From assembly GCA_040398005.1 (NCBI GenBank), contig JBBAUX010000006.1, positions 19,359 to 53,269 of the forward strand: a stretch of DNA of 33,911 bases, in the 5' to 3' direction. A program made the position numbers and the translations under genes. Below are positions 1-9,075 of this stretch, one piece after another. Position 1 is the first letter of the stretch; each line of letters opens with the position of its first letter. The notes under the pieces were generated by a model, which saw nothing but the letters and a program-made list of their open reading frames with translations, was not told where the DNA came from and did no database searches. The stretch comes from Opitutales bacterium. Lineage in GTDB: Bacteria; Verrucomicrobiota; Verrucomicrobiia; Opitutales; UBA953.

Positions 1-1680
1 TGGTGGAGACTCGGCACCCTCGGATTGATTGATCCCGATGAACCATTCTACGCACTAACTACGCGCGAGATGGTACAAAGTGGAGATTGGGTTACCCCAC
101 GTCTTTTTGGCGAACCTCAATTCGAAAAACCGATTTTCTTTTACTGGCAAACTTGTCTCTCTCAAACGGTCTTCGGTGATAATGAATTCGCCGCCCGACT
201 TCCGGGAACTCTCGCGGCGACATTTTTAGTGTTTCTCACTTGGGGAATTGGCCGAAAACTTCTTTCACCCACCGCTGGATTTCTCTCCGCCGTCGTTCTC
301 GCAACGGGATCCATGTTCGTGATCATGTCACGCCTCATGCTGACCGACATTTCTCATACTGTTTTTATTACAACGAGTATGTTCTGTCTCTGGCGGGCAT
401 TTCATGACGAGGACAATAGACTGAAATGGCTGGTCACCGTCACGGTCGCCTCTGCCCTCTCCATGCTCACCAAAGGGCCACAGGGCTTGTTTTTTGTGAT
501 GATGGCAGGTTTCTCCTACGGTTGGATTCAAAAGCTTAAACAACCTTGGTCAGCAAAGAGTTTAGCCATCTGCATTCCGCTGTGGCTACTCCTGGCGACC
601 CCTTGGTATCTGGCAATGTTCACGCTCCACCAATCCGGCCCCACCGCACCAGGAACCGGTTGGAGCTATTATTGGAATTCGTTCTTCGTTCATGAAAACT
701 GGGATCGTTTCTTCCATTCCGAGCACCAAGGAAACAATACTTGGTATTACTATTTAGAAATCCTTATCGGTGGCACGCTTCCTTGGATTCCTCTCACCCT
801 CGCTGCGATTTGGCAAAACATCCGCACGCCATTTAAATACTTACGCGAACACAAAGGAATTTGTCTGATTCTCTGTTGGCTCATCCCTTCGTATACTTTT
901 ATGAATATAACTCAGACTAAAATTCCGAGTTATGTTTTCTTCCTGCTCGTACCTATCGCTTTACTCGCGGGCCACACTCTAGAACGTTGGATAAAAGATG
1001 GTTTCACACGCCGTGAATTTTGGTTCGTATCCATTTTTACACTGATTGAAGGCGTTATACTCATCTGGTACACTCCAGTCTTTCACCCAAGATCGATGCC
1101 CTTCCTCGGCCAACTCATTGCACTGGGCTTGCCGTTAACCTTTGCGAGCATTTGTGCTTTTAGAAAAAATGCCTTTGGCTGGGTGGCCTTCTCTACTTCT
1201 TTCAGCTTAGTCTTAATCTTTATCGCCTTCTTCTGGATTGAAGACCGACTCGATGGCACCGTGGGTAGTCGCGACATCTGTAAAATCGCCGCCGAGGTCA
1301 GAAAGCCCAACGAGACGCTCATCACTTGTAGCTTCCTGGGCCGTGCAGCCAACTACTACCTTAAAGAAAAACCCGCTGCGATATTTGTAAGCTCACCCAA
1401 GACCCAAGAAGGAAAAGCCAAAGATAACTTCCGTCCGTTTTACCCCTTCTATTCCTACCACGCCTTACGTCAGATTAAGTTAGAAAACGAATTACTTAAT
1501 TTCGTCCAAGAAAAAGGTTCGGTTCTCTGTATAGGTGAACGACGCGACTTTGATATGCTCAATACCAGCGAAGTGTCTTCCGTCAAAGGACACTGCGAAC
1601 TTCTCGGTGCGACGGGCGAAAGGCCTGGTCGATCAGTCTTCCGTATCCACGCCCAAGAATTTAAATCAGCTAAGCCCTGA
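1..1680 (+). CDS. ArnT/PMT-family (GT39-like) integral membrane glycosyltransferase, 5'-truncated by the window edge
   Basis: Frame is open from base 1 (WWRLGTLGLIDPDE...). DPDEPFY, FEKP, FAARLP and LTKGP motifs and many TM helices are typical of the ArnT family. Confidence 0.88.
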   Translation, partial: WWRLGTLGLIDPDEPFYALTTREMVQSGDWVTPRLFGEPQFEKPIFFYWQTCLSQTVFGDNEFAARLPGTLAATFLVFLTWGIGRKLLSPTAGFLSAVVLATGSMFVIMSRLMLTDISHTVFITTSMFCLWRAFHDEDNRLKWLVTVTVASALSMLTKGPQGLFFVMMAGFSYGWIQKLKQPWSAKSLAICIPLWLLLATPWYLAMFTLHQSGPTAPGTGWSYYWNSFFVHENWDRFFHSEHQGNNTWYYYLEILIGGTLPWIPLTLAAIWQNIRTPFKYLREHKGICLILCWLIPSYTFMNITQTKIPSYVFFLLVPIALLAGHTLERWIKDGFTRREFWFVSIFTLIEGVILIWYTPVFHPRSMPFLGQLIALGLPLTFASICAFRKNAFGWVAFSTSFSLVLIFIAFFWIEDRLDGTVGSRDICKIAAEVRKPNETLITCSFLGRAANYYLKEKPAAIFVSSPKTQEGKAKDNFRPFYPFYSYHALRQIKLENELLNFVQEKGSVLCIGERRDFDMLNTSEVSSVKGHCELLGATGERPGRSVFRIHAQEFKSAKP

Positions 1681-2358
1681 TTAAATTCGCCAGAGCAGTT
1701 TAAAGAAACGAATCGTATCACGCATCGGGCGAATCTTACTTACTTCGCCTTGGTAAATGGTTTTCACCGGGACACTACGAATGACTCCTTTAGCACGAGC
1801 AATGAGAATAAGAACTTCGGACTCGTAGTCGAAGTGATCGCTCTTGGCTGCCGTCACACAGGGATTCGCGACCGCAATCGCACGGTAGCCACACTGCGTA
1901 TCCGGAATGGAACAGTGACAAATCCGACTGATGATCCAAGACATGGTACGGTTAACCAACCAGCGGACTTTGGGCATGCCCTGCGCGTTGGAGAATCGAT
2001 TCCCAATTACCATCGTAGCATGCGATTCTTTTATTTCTTTTATGAACAAGGGTAGATGGTTGGGATCGTGCTGACCATCCCCATCCATCGTTATGCCATA
2101 ATCATAACCCATTTCTGCTAATTTTCTAAAAGCGGTTTTTAAGGCCGCACCTTTGCCTTTGTTTACCTCGTGCCTAACCACAATGGCTCCAGCGACCTGG
2201 GCTTCATCGGATGTATTATCGGGCGAACAATCATCGACAACGACCACGGTGGGTACAAAAAACTTTATCGCTTTCACTACGCGCGCAATGCGTTCCCCTT
2301 CTCGATAAGCCGGAATGATAACTGCAATGCGTGCTTCTTCAGGACCAGGTGACGACAT
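1681..2358 (-). CDS. GT2 family glycosyltransferase (polyprenol-phosphate glycosyltransferase-like)
   Basis: IIPAYRE, VVDDCSPD, NKGKGAA, MDGDGQHDP and DTQCGYR motifs. Confidence 0.9.
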   Translation of the reverse strand: MSSPGPEEARIAVIIPAYREGERIARVVKAIKFFVPTVVVVDDCSPDNTSDEAQVAGAIVVRHEVNKGKGAALKTAFRKLAEMGYDYGITMDGDGQHDPNHLPLFIKEIKESHATMVIGNRFSNAQGMPKVRWLVNRTMSWIISRICHCSIPDTQCGYRAIAVANPCVTAAKSDHFDYESEVLILIARAKGVIRSVPVKTIYQGEVSKIRPMRDTIRFFKLLWRI

Positions 2359-2392
2359 AGATTAGTTCAGAAGAGGACGGTGAACCAAAAAA

Positions 2393-3694
2393 CTAGGCGC
2401 GTTTTTCAATCGGGACGTATTTTCGTTCAGTATTACCAACGTAAATTTGACGTGGACGATGAATCTTTTGCTTAGGTGTTTCCGCAATTTCCTTCCAGTG
2501 TGAAATCCATCCCGGCATCCGGCCAATCGCAAAAATCACCGTAAACATTTCCGTCGGAATACCAATGGCCTTCAAAATAATGCCACTGTAAAAATCTACA
2601 TTCGGATAGAGATTACGCTCCTTAAAATAAGGATCGTTTAACGCTGCATTCTCTAAGCGCATCGCAATAGCTAAAAGCGGATCGTTAATTCCGAGAACCT
2701 TGAGAACTTTATCACACTGGGCTTTGATGATCTTCGCGCGGGGATCGTAGTTCTTATAAACGCGGTGACCAAAACCCATTAAACGAATCTGTTTGGTCTT
2801 ATCTTTAGCGTCGGCGATAAATTTCGAACCGTCGTCTCCCGAGTTATGAATCTCTTGGAGCATTTCAATGACGGCTTGATTAGCACCGCCGTGTAAGGGA
2901 CCCCAGAGCGCACAGACACCGGCCGAAACGGAGGGGAAGAGATTAGCACCGCCCGACGCCACCATTCTGACCGTCGAGGTCGAACAGTTTTGTTCATGAT
3001 CCGCGTGTAAAATCAGGATTAAATCCAAGGCGCGAGCGACTTCAGGATGTATCGTGAAATCAGCATTAGGCTGGGAAAAGAGTAAGTGCAGGAAGTTCGA
3101 GCAATAATCTAAGCCCGGTTTAGGATAAACGGGAGGCTCACCTTCTTTGGAACGGTGAGCCAAGGCGGCGAGTGTGCGAACTTTCGTAATTAGAACGGCG
3201 GCCGTTTCGTCAAACTTAGCTAAGTCGTGCGTACGTTCATTGGTACCCAGCTCAGGATAATAACAGCCGAGCGTATTCAAGGTCGCCGATAATACGGCCA
3301 TCGGGTGGGCATTGCTTGGGAAACCGCTGAGTGCGATACGCAGGCCTTCGTGAATTTGCGAATTATCGAGAATACGTGCTTTGAACTTCTTGATTTGTTC
3401 AGCCGTCGGCAGCTCACCGTAAATTAATAAATAAGCGGTTTCGATGAAGGTTGATTTTTCCGCTAATTCTTCGATCGAGTAGCCACGATAACGAAGCAGA
3501 CCCTTATCGCCGTCAATGAAAGTGACTTTCGATTCACAAGCGCCCGTGTTCGCGTATCCGTCGTCAAAAGTCACATAACCAGTCTCGTCGCGTAATTTGC
3601 GGATATCGACAGCTCGTTCGGACTCGGTGCCTACGATTACGGGGAGGACAATTTCTTTGTCATCCAATTTGAGAATAGCGTTTTTAGAACTCAT
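2393..3694 (-). CDS. gltA: Citrate synthase (type II)
   Basis: [34 protein letters not shown] and YPNVDFYSG motifs. Confidence 0.98.
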   Translation of the reverse strand: MSSKNAILKLDDKEIVLPVIVGTESERAVDIRKLRDETGYVTFDDGYANTGACESKVTFIDGDKGLLRYRGYSIEELAEKSTFIETAYLLIYGELPTAEQIKKFKARILDNSQIHEGLRIALSGFPSNAHPMAVLSATLNTLGCYYPELGTNERTHDLAKFDETAAVLITKVRTLAALAHRSKEGEPPVYPKPGLDYCSNFLHLLFSQPNADFTIHPEVARALDLILILHADHEQNCSTSTVRMVASGGANLFPSVSAGVCALWGPLHGGANQAVIEMLQEIHNSGDDGSKFIADAKDKTKQIRLMGFGHRVYKNYDPRAKIIKAQCDKVLKVLGINDPLLAIAMRLENAALNDPYFKERNLYPNVDFYSGIILKAIGIPTEMFTVIFAIGRMPGWISHWKEIAETPKQKIHRPRQIYVGNTERKYVPIEKRA

Positions 3695-3723
3695 GACGGT
3701 GATGGGCCGCCAAGGGAATGACC

Positions 3724-4368
3724 TTAGCGGTTCACTAAACTCAGAAAATTGCGGTAGATTTGCAAGCCTTTGACCTGACTTTTCTCAGGGTGGAACTGCG
3801 TCGCCAACACCCTCCCCCGCTTAATTCCACTTACAAATCGGCCCGCATATTCAGTCTCGCACCAAATGAGCGACTCCTCGGTCTTCACTAAGCGGTAACT
3901 ATGGACAAAGTAAAAGGGCTCGCCCTCGACCTTAATACCCTCGGTGAGCGGACCCGATTCTCTAAAAATCGCCTCATTCCAACCCATGTGGGGAATACGC
4001 AAGCGAGGCATGGACTCAAAGCGCGAAATGACTCCCGGAAAAATCCCTAGACCAGCGCGATTACCTTCTTCCGATCTTTCGAATAAGGCCTGCAGACCTA
4101 AGCAGACTCCGAGAAAGGGTTTATCTGATTTAATCCACTCTTTCAAAAAACTATCGAAGGATGTGCGACTCAAACAATCCATACAATCGGTGATGGCCCC
4201 CTGACCTGGAAAAACAACGGCATCAGCTTTTTCGGCATCGCGTGGATTCGCAGCGAGGTACGCATCCGCACCCGCGGCGATTAAAGCACGACTCACACTG
4301 CGTAAATTGCCCATGCCGTAGTCAATCACCGCTACACGAGGACGAGGCTGAGAATCCGCAGTACTCAC
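3724..4368 (-). CDS. hisH: Imidazole glycerol phosphate synthase glutamine amidotransferase subunit
   Basis: [30 protein letters not shown] and QFHPEKS motifs. Confidence 0.97.
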   Translation of the reverse strand: MSTADSQPRPRVAVIDYGMGNLRSVSRALIAAGADAYLAANPRDAEKADAVVFPGQGAITDCMDCLSRTSFDSFLKEWIKSDKPFLGVCLGLQALFERSEEGNRAGLGIFPGVISRFESMPRLRIPHMGWNEAIFRESGPLTEGIKVEGEPFYFVHSYRLVKTEESLIWCETEYAGRFVSGIKRGRVLATQFHPEKSQVKGLQIYRNFLSLVNR

Positions 4369-4371
4369 AAC

Positions 4372-4974
4372 TTAAGCAAGTGTACCTTTAGTACTAGGCA
4401 CGCGTCCATCTTGACGTGGATCAATTTCGACAGCGGCCCGCAAGGCTTTGGCAAATGCTTTAAATAAAGCCTCGGCGATGTGGTGAGGCTCTTCACCGTA
4501 CTCCACTTTTAAGTGCAGATTGCAGGCCAATGCATTCGCCAGGCCTTGGAAAAATTCGCGGACTAACGCGATGTTGAAATCCTTCACCATGAAATTGATG
4601 ATGTCTGCTTGGTAGACCAGCATCGAGCGATTGCTTAAATCAATCACGCAACGCGCCAAAGTTTCGTCCATCGGCAGAATAAAGAATCCGTAACGACGAA
4701 TTCCCGCTTTGTCGCCGAGGGCTTCTTTAATGGCAGAACCTAAAACGATACCCACATCCTCGACGGTGTGGTGATAATCGACATCGGTGTCGCCGGTAGC
4801 TTTAACTTTTAAGTCGATCATCGCGTGACGACTAAGCAACGTCAGCATGTGGTCAAAAAAGGCCACCCCGGTGCTGATTTCGGATACGCCCGTGCCGTCT
4901 AGATTTACCGATAAATCTATCTTGGTTTCGGCGGTATTACGTCGAATCGTCGCTTGGCGAGTTCGTGCAGTCAT
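4372..4974 (-). CDS. hisB: Imidazoleglycerol-phosphate dehydratase
   Basis: [34 protein letters not shown] and PSTKG motifs. Confidence 0.97.
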   Translation of the reverse strand: MTARTRQATIRRNTAETKIDLSVNLDGTGVSEISTGVAFFDHMLTLLSRHAMIDLKVKATGDTDVDYHHTVEDVGIVLGSAIKEALGDKAGIRRYGFFILPMDETLARCVIDLSNRSMLVYQADIINFMVKDFNIALVREFFQGLANALACNLHLKVEYGEEPHHIAEALFKAFAKALRAAVEIDPRQDGRVPSTKGTLA

Positions 4975-5011
4975 ACCAGAGAAATCATCGCTCTAGGGCT
5001 AAATGTCAACC

Positions 5012-6103
5012 TCACCCTTCCGACCAAGCCCTGGCGACCTTTAAAAAATCGTCCATTTCGGCATCCGTTCCCACGGTTATTCTTAACGACTTTTCGGTTA
5101 AAGGATGATGGGGAAAGCGACGTACTAAAATTTTACGCTCCTTCAAAAAGTTAAACGCCGACTCCGCAGTGGCACTCGAAAATTCCTGCGTCTTACTTCT
5201 CGGTTTAGCTAAAATAAAATTTCCTAACGAAGGATTAATCTTCCACCCCAATTGGGTGAGTTCGCTAATGAGTCGCGTACGCGTAGTTTTAATCTTGGTA
5301 ATATTTTCGCTCAACCAGTCACGATCCTCCAAGGCGGCTACGGCAGCAACTTGGGCCAATCGATCGACATTATAACTATCGCGAACACGATGCAGAATCT
5401 CCGCGACCTTCGGCGAGCAAAGCGCATAACCCACACGCATACCGGCCAAGGAATAAGATTTGGAAAGTGTGCGGGTGACCACGACGTGCGGATATTTTAA
5501 TGGCAATTGTGTACAATCTTCTTCGGCGAAATCTGCATACGCTTCATCGACGACTAAAATACCTGAGAAGGCCTGCGCCAACTCTTCGACTTGTTGAGCT
5601 GAAAAAGAAATTCCTAAAGGCGCGTTGGGATTAGTCAGGAAAAAAATCGGTGCCTTACAATTTACGACTGCGGTAATATCCAACGTAAAATCTGGAGTAA
5701 TCGGCACTTTGACTACGGAGGCACCTTGAATCGCGGCAATCACCGGATAAAGCGAGTAACTCGGATCCAACAGGCCAATCGGGCGATTTAAATCTGCGTA
5801 AGACCTGACCAATAAATTAAGAATATCGTCCGAGCCATTACCCACGACAATGTTATCAGCGTGGTAGCCGTGCAATGCAGCGATCGCTTTACGCAGTGGG
5901 GTAGAATCGGGCGATGGATAAAGTCTTAAGGCCGCACCGTCGGTTTCTAAATGCTTTTTAATCGCTTCAACTACACGCGGACTGGACGGATAAGGATTTT
6001 CGTTGGTATTCAATTTAATCCATCCACCACCCTGCGGTTGTTCACCAGGAACATAACCCTTAAGCGATACAATGTGCGGATTGGGCAACGGCTCCGATGA
6101 CAT
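5012..6103 (-). CDS. hisC: Histidinol-phosphate aminotransferase
   Basis: KLNTNENPY, GNGSDD, NPNAP, DEAY and RTLSKSYSLAGMRVGY (PLP lysine) motifs; adjacent to hisB/hisH. Confidence 0.96.
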   Translation of the reverse strand: MSSEPLPNPHIVSLKGYVPGEQPQGGGWIKLNTNENPYPSSPRVVEAIKKHLETDGAALRLYPSPDSTPLRKAIAALHGYHADNIVVGNGSDDILNLLVRSYADLNRPIGLLDPSYSLYPVIAAIQGASVVKVPITPDFTLDITAVVNCKAPIFFLTNPNAPLGISFSAQQVEELAQAFSGILVVDEAYADFAEEDCTQLPLKYPHVVVTRTLSKSYSLAGMRVGYALCSPKVAEILHRVRDSYNVDRLAQVAAVAALEDRDWLSENITKIKTTRTRLISELTQLGWKINPSLGNFILAKPRSKTQEFSSATAESAFNFLKERKILVRRFPHHPLTEKSLRITVGTDAEMDDFLKVARAWSEG

Positions 6104-7854
6104 TAGCGTGACTTTAATTTAGTTTGGGAAAACTCATTCATCCGATTCTTAATCTGCGCCGTCTCCGTCATCTTGAGTACACTTTCGGCCAAAGATTTCA
6201 ATTCGGCATGCGTTGAATGTCGTAAAATAAATCTCACTTCAGGAATCGACCCCGGTGACATACTTAATTCATCTACTCCCATACCAAGGAATAAAGGGGC
6301 CCAGAGTGAATCGCCGGCTAATTCTCCGCACACTGCGGAAACAACATTATTCTTTTTAGCCGAAGAAAATATCTTATCGATGGTGCGGATAAACCCAGGA
6401 TGCGCGGGCTCATAGAGCGTGGCGACTCTTTGGTTACCGCGATCCACGGCTAGTAAATATTGAACTAAATCGTTAGTGCCGACACTGAAAAAATCGACCT
6501 CTTGGGCTAGCTCTTCCGCAACGGCTACAGCAGCAGGAATTTCGATCATCGCACCCAGACGAATCACTTCCTTGGGCGTCACACCTTCACTGGCGAGTTC
6601 GGTGGCGACCCCGCGGAGAAATTCTTTCGCTTTACGTAATTCCTCGAGACTCGAAATCATCGGGAACATAATGGCGGCGGGACCTAATTGAGCCGCGCGT
6701 AATATCGCCCGTAATTGCGGTCTAAAAATATCGGGGCGATCCAAGCACAGTCGAATCGCGCGATAACCCATAAAGGGATTAGCCTCATCCGTTAAATCGC
6801 CTAAGCGCTTATCTCCACCCAAATCCAGTGTACGAAAAGTAACTAATTTGCCGTGCGCTTGTTTAACGACTGCGGCGTATTCTTCATACTGTTCTTCTTC
6901 GGTCGGCCAAGCATCGAGACGTAAAAATAAATTTTCAGTGCGATAAAGTCCGACGCCGTGCGCGTAATAACGGTCCATATCTTCCATATCTTCGGGACCA
7001 CCGATATTGGCTTGGAGACTAAAACTCACGCCATCGAGGGTGCAATCGGGCAGACCGATTTCTTTCATCACGCGATCGCGACGATTCTGGATGGTCACTT
7101 CTTTGGCCTGATAGCTCTCGATCGTCTGCGCCGTCGGATTAATAACCACGAGACCCAATTCGCCATCCACTAAAATAACATCGTCTTCATTCACGGCATC
7201 GAGCAATCCGCGCACGCCAACGACGGCGGGAATCTCGAGCGAACGGGCCATAATCGCGGAGTGGCCGGTGCGACCGCCCTCTTCAGTCACAAACGCGATT
7301 ACGCCGTCGGTCGGCAGGGTCGCTGTTTCCGACGGGGTTAAATCTTTGGCTGCCACGACGGGTTTACGCAGTGGAGCTCCGACGCGCTGCGGACTGATGC
7401 CCACTAATTGATTCATGACCCGACTCGTCACATCACGAATATCGGAGGCGCGCTCGCGGAGAAAAACATCCTCCATCTTTTCGAAAATATCGATGTAGTG
7501 TTGGGAGACTTCCTGAAAACAAAATTCAATATTAAATCCAGTTAAACGCACTTGTTTGATTACTTCATCAACCAAGGCCACATCTTCTAAGACCAATAAG
7601 TGTGCATCAAAAATCGCCGCTTCTGATTCCCCTAATTCGCCAACCACTTTGTCTCGGAGATGAGTGATTTCATGTCGCGTGGCGATGAGAGCCTCTTCGA
7701 ATCTGCGAATTTCCGCATCGGGATCTCCCACCTTCACACACGTCGCCAACGGCAGACCTTTCTGCAGTAGATAAACCGGGCCACGACCAACACCGGGAGC
7801 AGCGGCGATGCCCTTCAAACGAATTTCTGGCCTAGAATTTTCGGCCTGTTGCAT
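6103..7854 (-). CDS. ptsI: Phosphoenolpyruvate-protein phosphotransferase (PTS Enzyme I)
   Basis: GRTGHSAIMAR (phospho-His), GVGLYRTE, RTLDLGGDK, NPFMGYRAIR, FSVGTNDL and CGELA motifs; no GAF domain. Confidence 0.95.
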   Translation of the reverse strand: MQQAENSRPEIRLKGIAAAPGVGRGPVYLLQKGLPLATCVKVGDPDAEIRRFEEALIATRHEITHLRDKVVGELGESEAAIFDAHLLVLEDVALVDEVIKQVRLTGFNIEFCFQEVSQHYIDIFEKMEDVFLRERASDIRDVTSRVMNQLVGISPQRVGAPLRKPVVAAKDLTPSETATLPTDGVIAFVTEEGGRTGHSAIMARSLEIPAVVGVRGLLDAVNEDDVILVDGELGLVVINPTAQTIESYQAKEVTIQNRRDRVMKEIGLPDCTLDGVSFSLQANIGGPEDMEDMDRYYAHGVGLYRTENLFLRLDAWPTEEEQYEEYAAVVKQAHGKLVTFRTLDLGGDKRLGDLTDEANPFMGYRAIRLCLDRPDIFRPQLRAILRAAQLGPAAIMFPMISSLEELRKAKEFLRGVATELASEGVTPKEVIRLGAMIEIPAAVAVAEELAQEVDFFSVGTNDLVQYLLAVDRGNQRVATLYEPAHPGFIRTIDKIFSSAKKNNVVSAVCGELAGDSLWAPLFLGMGVDELSMSPGSIPEVRFILRHSTHAELKSLAESVLKMTETAQIKNRMNEFSQTKLKSR

Positions 7855-7901
7855 ACAGCGATAAGCACATTCGGCTCGATGCGATTAAGCAAGGAGGATT
7901 G

Positions 7902-8390
7902 TTATGCTTCGGATGACTCCAGCTCATCTATCGGTGAAAGAATATCATTATTTTCACTATCCGGCATACTCATGTCGGACAGATCATCTTGTTCGGAATT
8001 AGCGAACACTTCGTGCGTCGAAATCCCATCGACAAAATCGTCAGCCTCATCGGCCATCGCTGCACTCAGGTTGTAAAGCGCACCCGTGTACTCCGAGGGT
8101 AATGTCACCCTGAGTTGTACAAAAACTAAAGCGATTAAACAGGCGTAAGATGCCACTTGGCTCATGCGTTTAACGTAAACCCGCAACCAGGCAAATGAGT
8201 GATAGGCCTGCTTGGTTTGATGAGCAGCCAGACACTTATTCAGAGCCTGATGTAAGCGTACCTTGGCTTTAAAACGTTTTTGGAAATCTGGAGATTCCTT
8301 AATTAACTCGAGTAAACGCGACTCTTCTGCCCGAGAAATATTTCCGTCGAGATAGCGTTCAACTAAGTTTTCAAATTCCGTAAAACTCAC
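7902..8390 (-). CDS. Putative membrane-anchored anti-sigma factor
   Basis: Overlaps the ECF sigma stop by 4 bp. N-terminus resembles an anti-sigma domain (LVERYLDGNISRAEESRL), followed by one hydrophobic segment (YACLIALVFVQL) and an acidic C-terminus. Confidence 0.65.
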   Translation of the reverse strand: MSFTEFENLVERYLDGNISRAEESRLLELIKESPDFQKRFKAKVRLHQALNKCLAAHQTKQAYHSFAWLRVYVKRMSQVASYACLIALVFVQLRVTLPSEYTGALYNLSAAMADEADDFVDGISTHEVFANSEQDDLSDMSMPDSENNDILSPIDELESSEA

Positions 8391-8977
8391 TTTAAATACT
8401 CATCTCCTATGAGTTCGCGTAAAGCCTCACGTGCGCGATTGATTCGACTTTTAACCGTGCCGATTGAAAGTCCAAGTTCTTCCGCAATATCATCATAGGA
8501 CATATTTTGAATATTACGCATGGTCAGTATGAGAGCATGCTCGGGCTTTAATTGTTCCATGCAGTCGGCAACTTTTTTAACGAATTCATTCTGCTGTGCT
8601 TCGTGACCTGGACCCTGTGCACCGTCCGACAAAATATCATGCAAGGTTGCCCCAGCATCTTCTCCGAGATCTGCGTCTAGTGACATCGACTCATCACGCT
8701 TGCGGCGGCGCCAGTACCAGTAGCGATTCCTCGCTAAATTAGTTCCGATTTGATAGATCCAAGTCGAAAAACTGGCATTTCCACGAAAGGTCGCGAGTGC
8801 ACGGTGGGCCCGGATAAAAGTATCTTGGGTAATCTCTTCGGCGTCTTGCCTATTTCGTAACATCGAAAAAACCTTAGCAAAAATTCTCTCTTGGTATTTT
8901 AGTACCAATTGATTGTACGCATCTAAATCACCCTTGCGGGCACGATCTAGGTTAAGGTCATCTGATTCATTATCCAT
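8387..8977 (-). CDS. ECF-family RNA polymerase sigma-70 factor (RpoE/SigW-like)
   Basis: Region 2 DAEEITQDTFIRA...FRGNASFSTWIYQI; region 4 SYDDIAEELGLSIGTVKSRINRAR. Confidence 0.95.
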   Translation of the reverse strand: MDNESDDLNLDRARKGDLDAYNQLVLKYQERIFAKVFSMLRNRQDAEEITQDTFIRAHRALATFRGNASFSTWIYQIGTNLARNRYWYWRRRKRDESMSLDADLGEDAGATLHDILSDGAQGPGHEAQQNEFVKKVADCMEQLKPEHALILTMRNIQNMSYDDIAEELGLSIGTVKSRINRAREALRELIGDEYLK

Positions 8978-9025
8978 AATTAGGGCTAATTAATGGTGGG
9001 GTATCTGAGTATAGTACTGACATCC

Positions 9026-9054
9026 TTGCAGAATTCAACTGCTCTCTTTAGTCT
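9026..9054 (+). promoter_or_regulatory. Putative sigma-70 promoter for the GTPase operon
   Basis: TTGCAG (9026-9031), 17-bp spacer, TAGTCT (9049-9054); AAGGA SD-like element just before ATG 9076. Confidence 0.5.
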
Positions 9055-9075
9055 ATTTTAGGCCCCCAAGGAACT

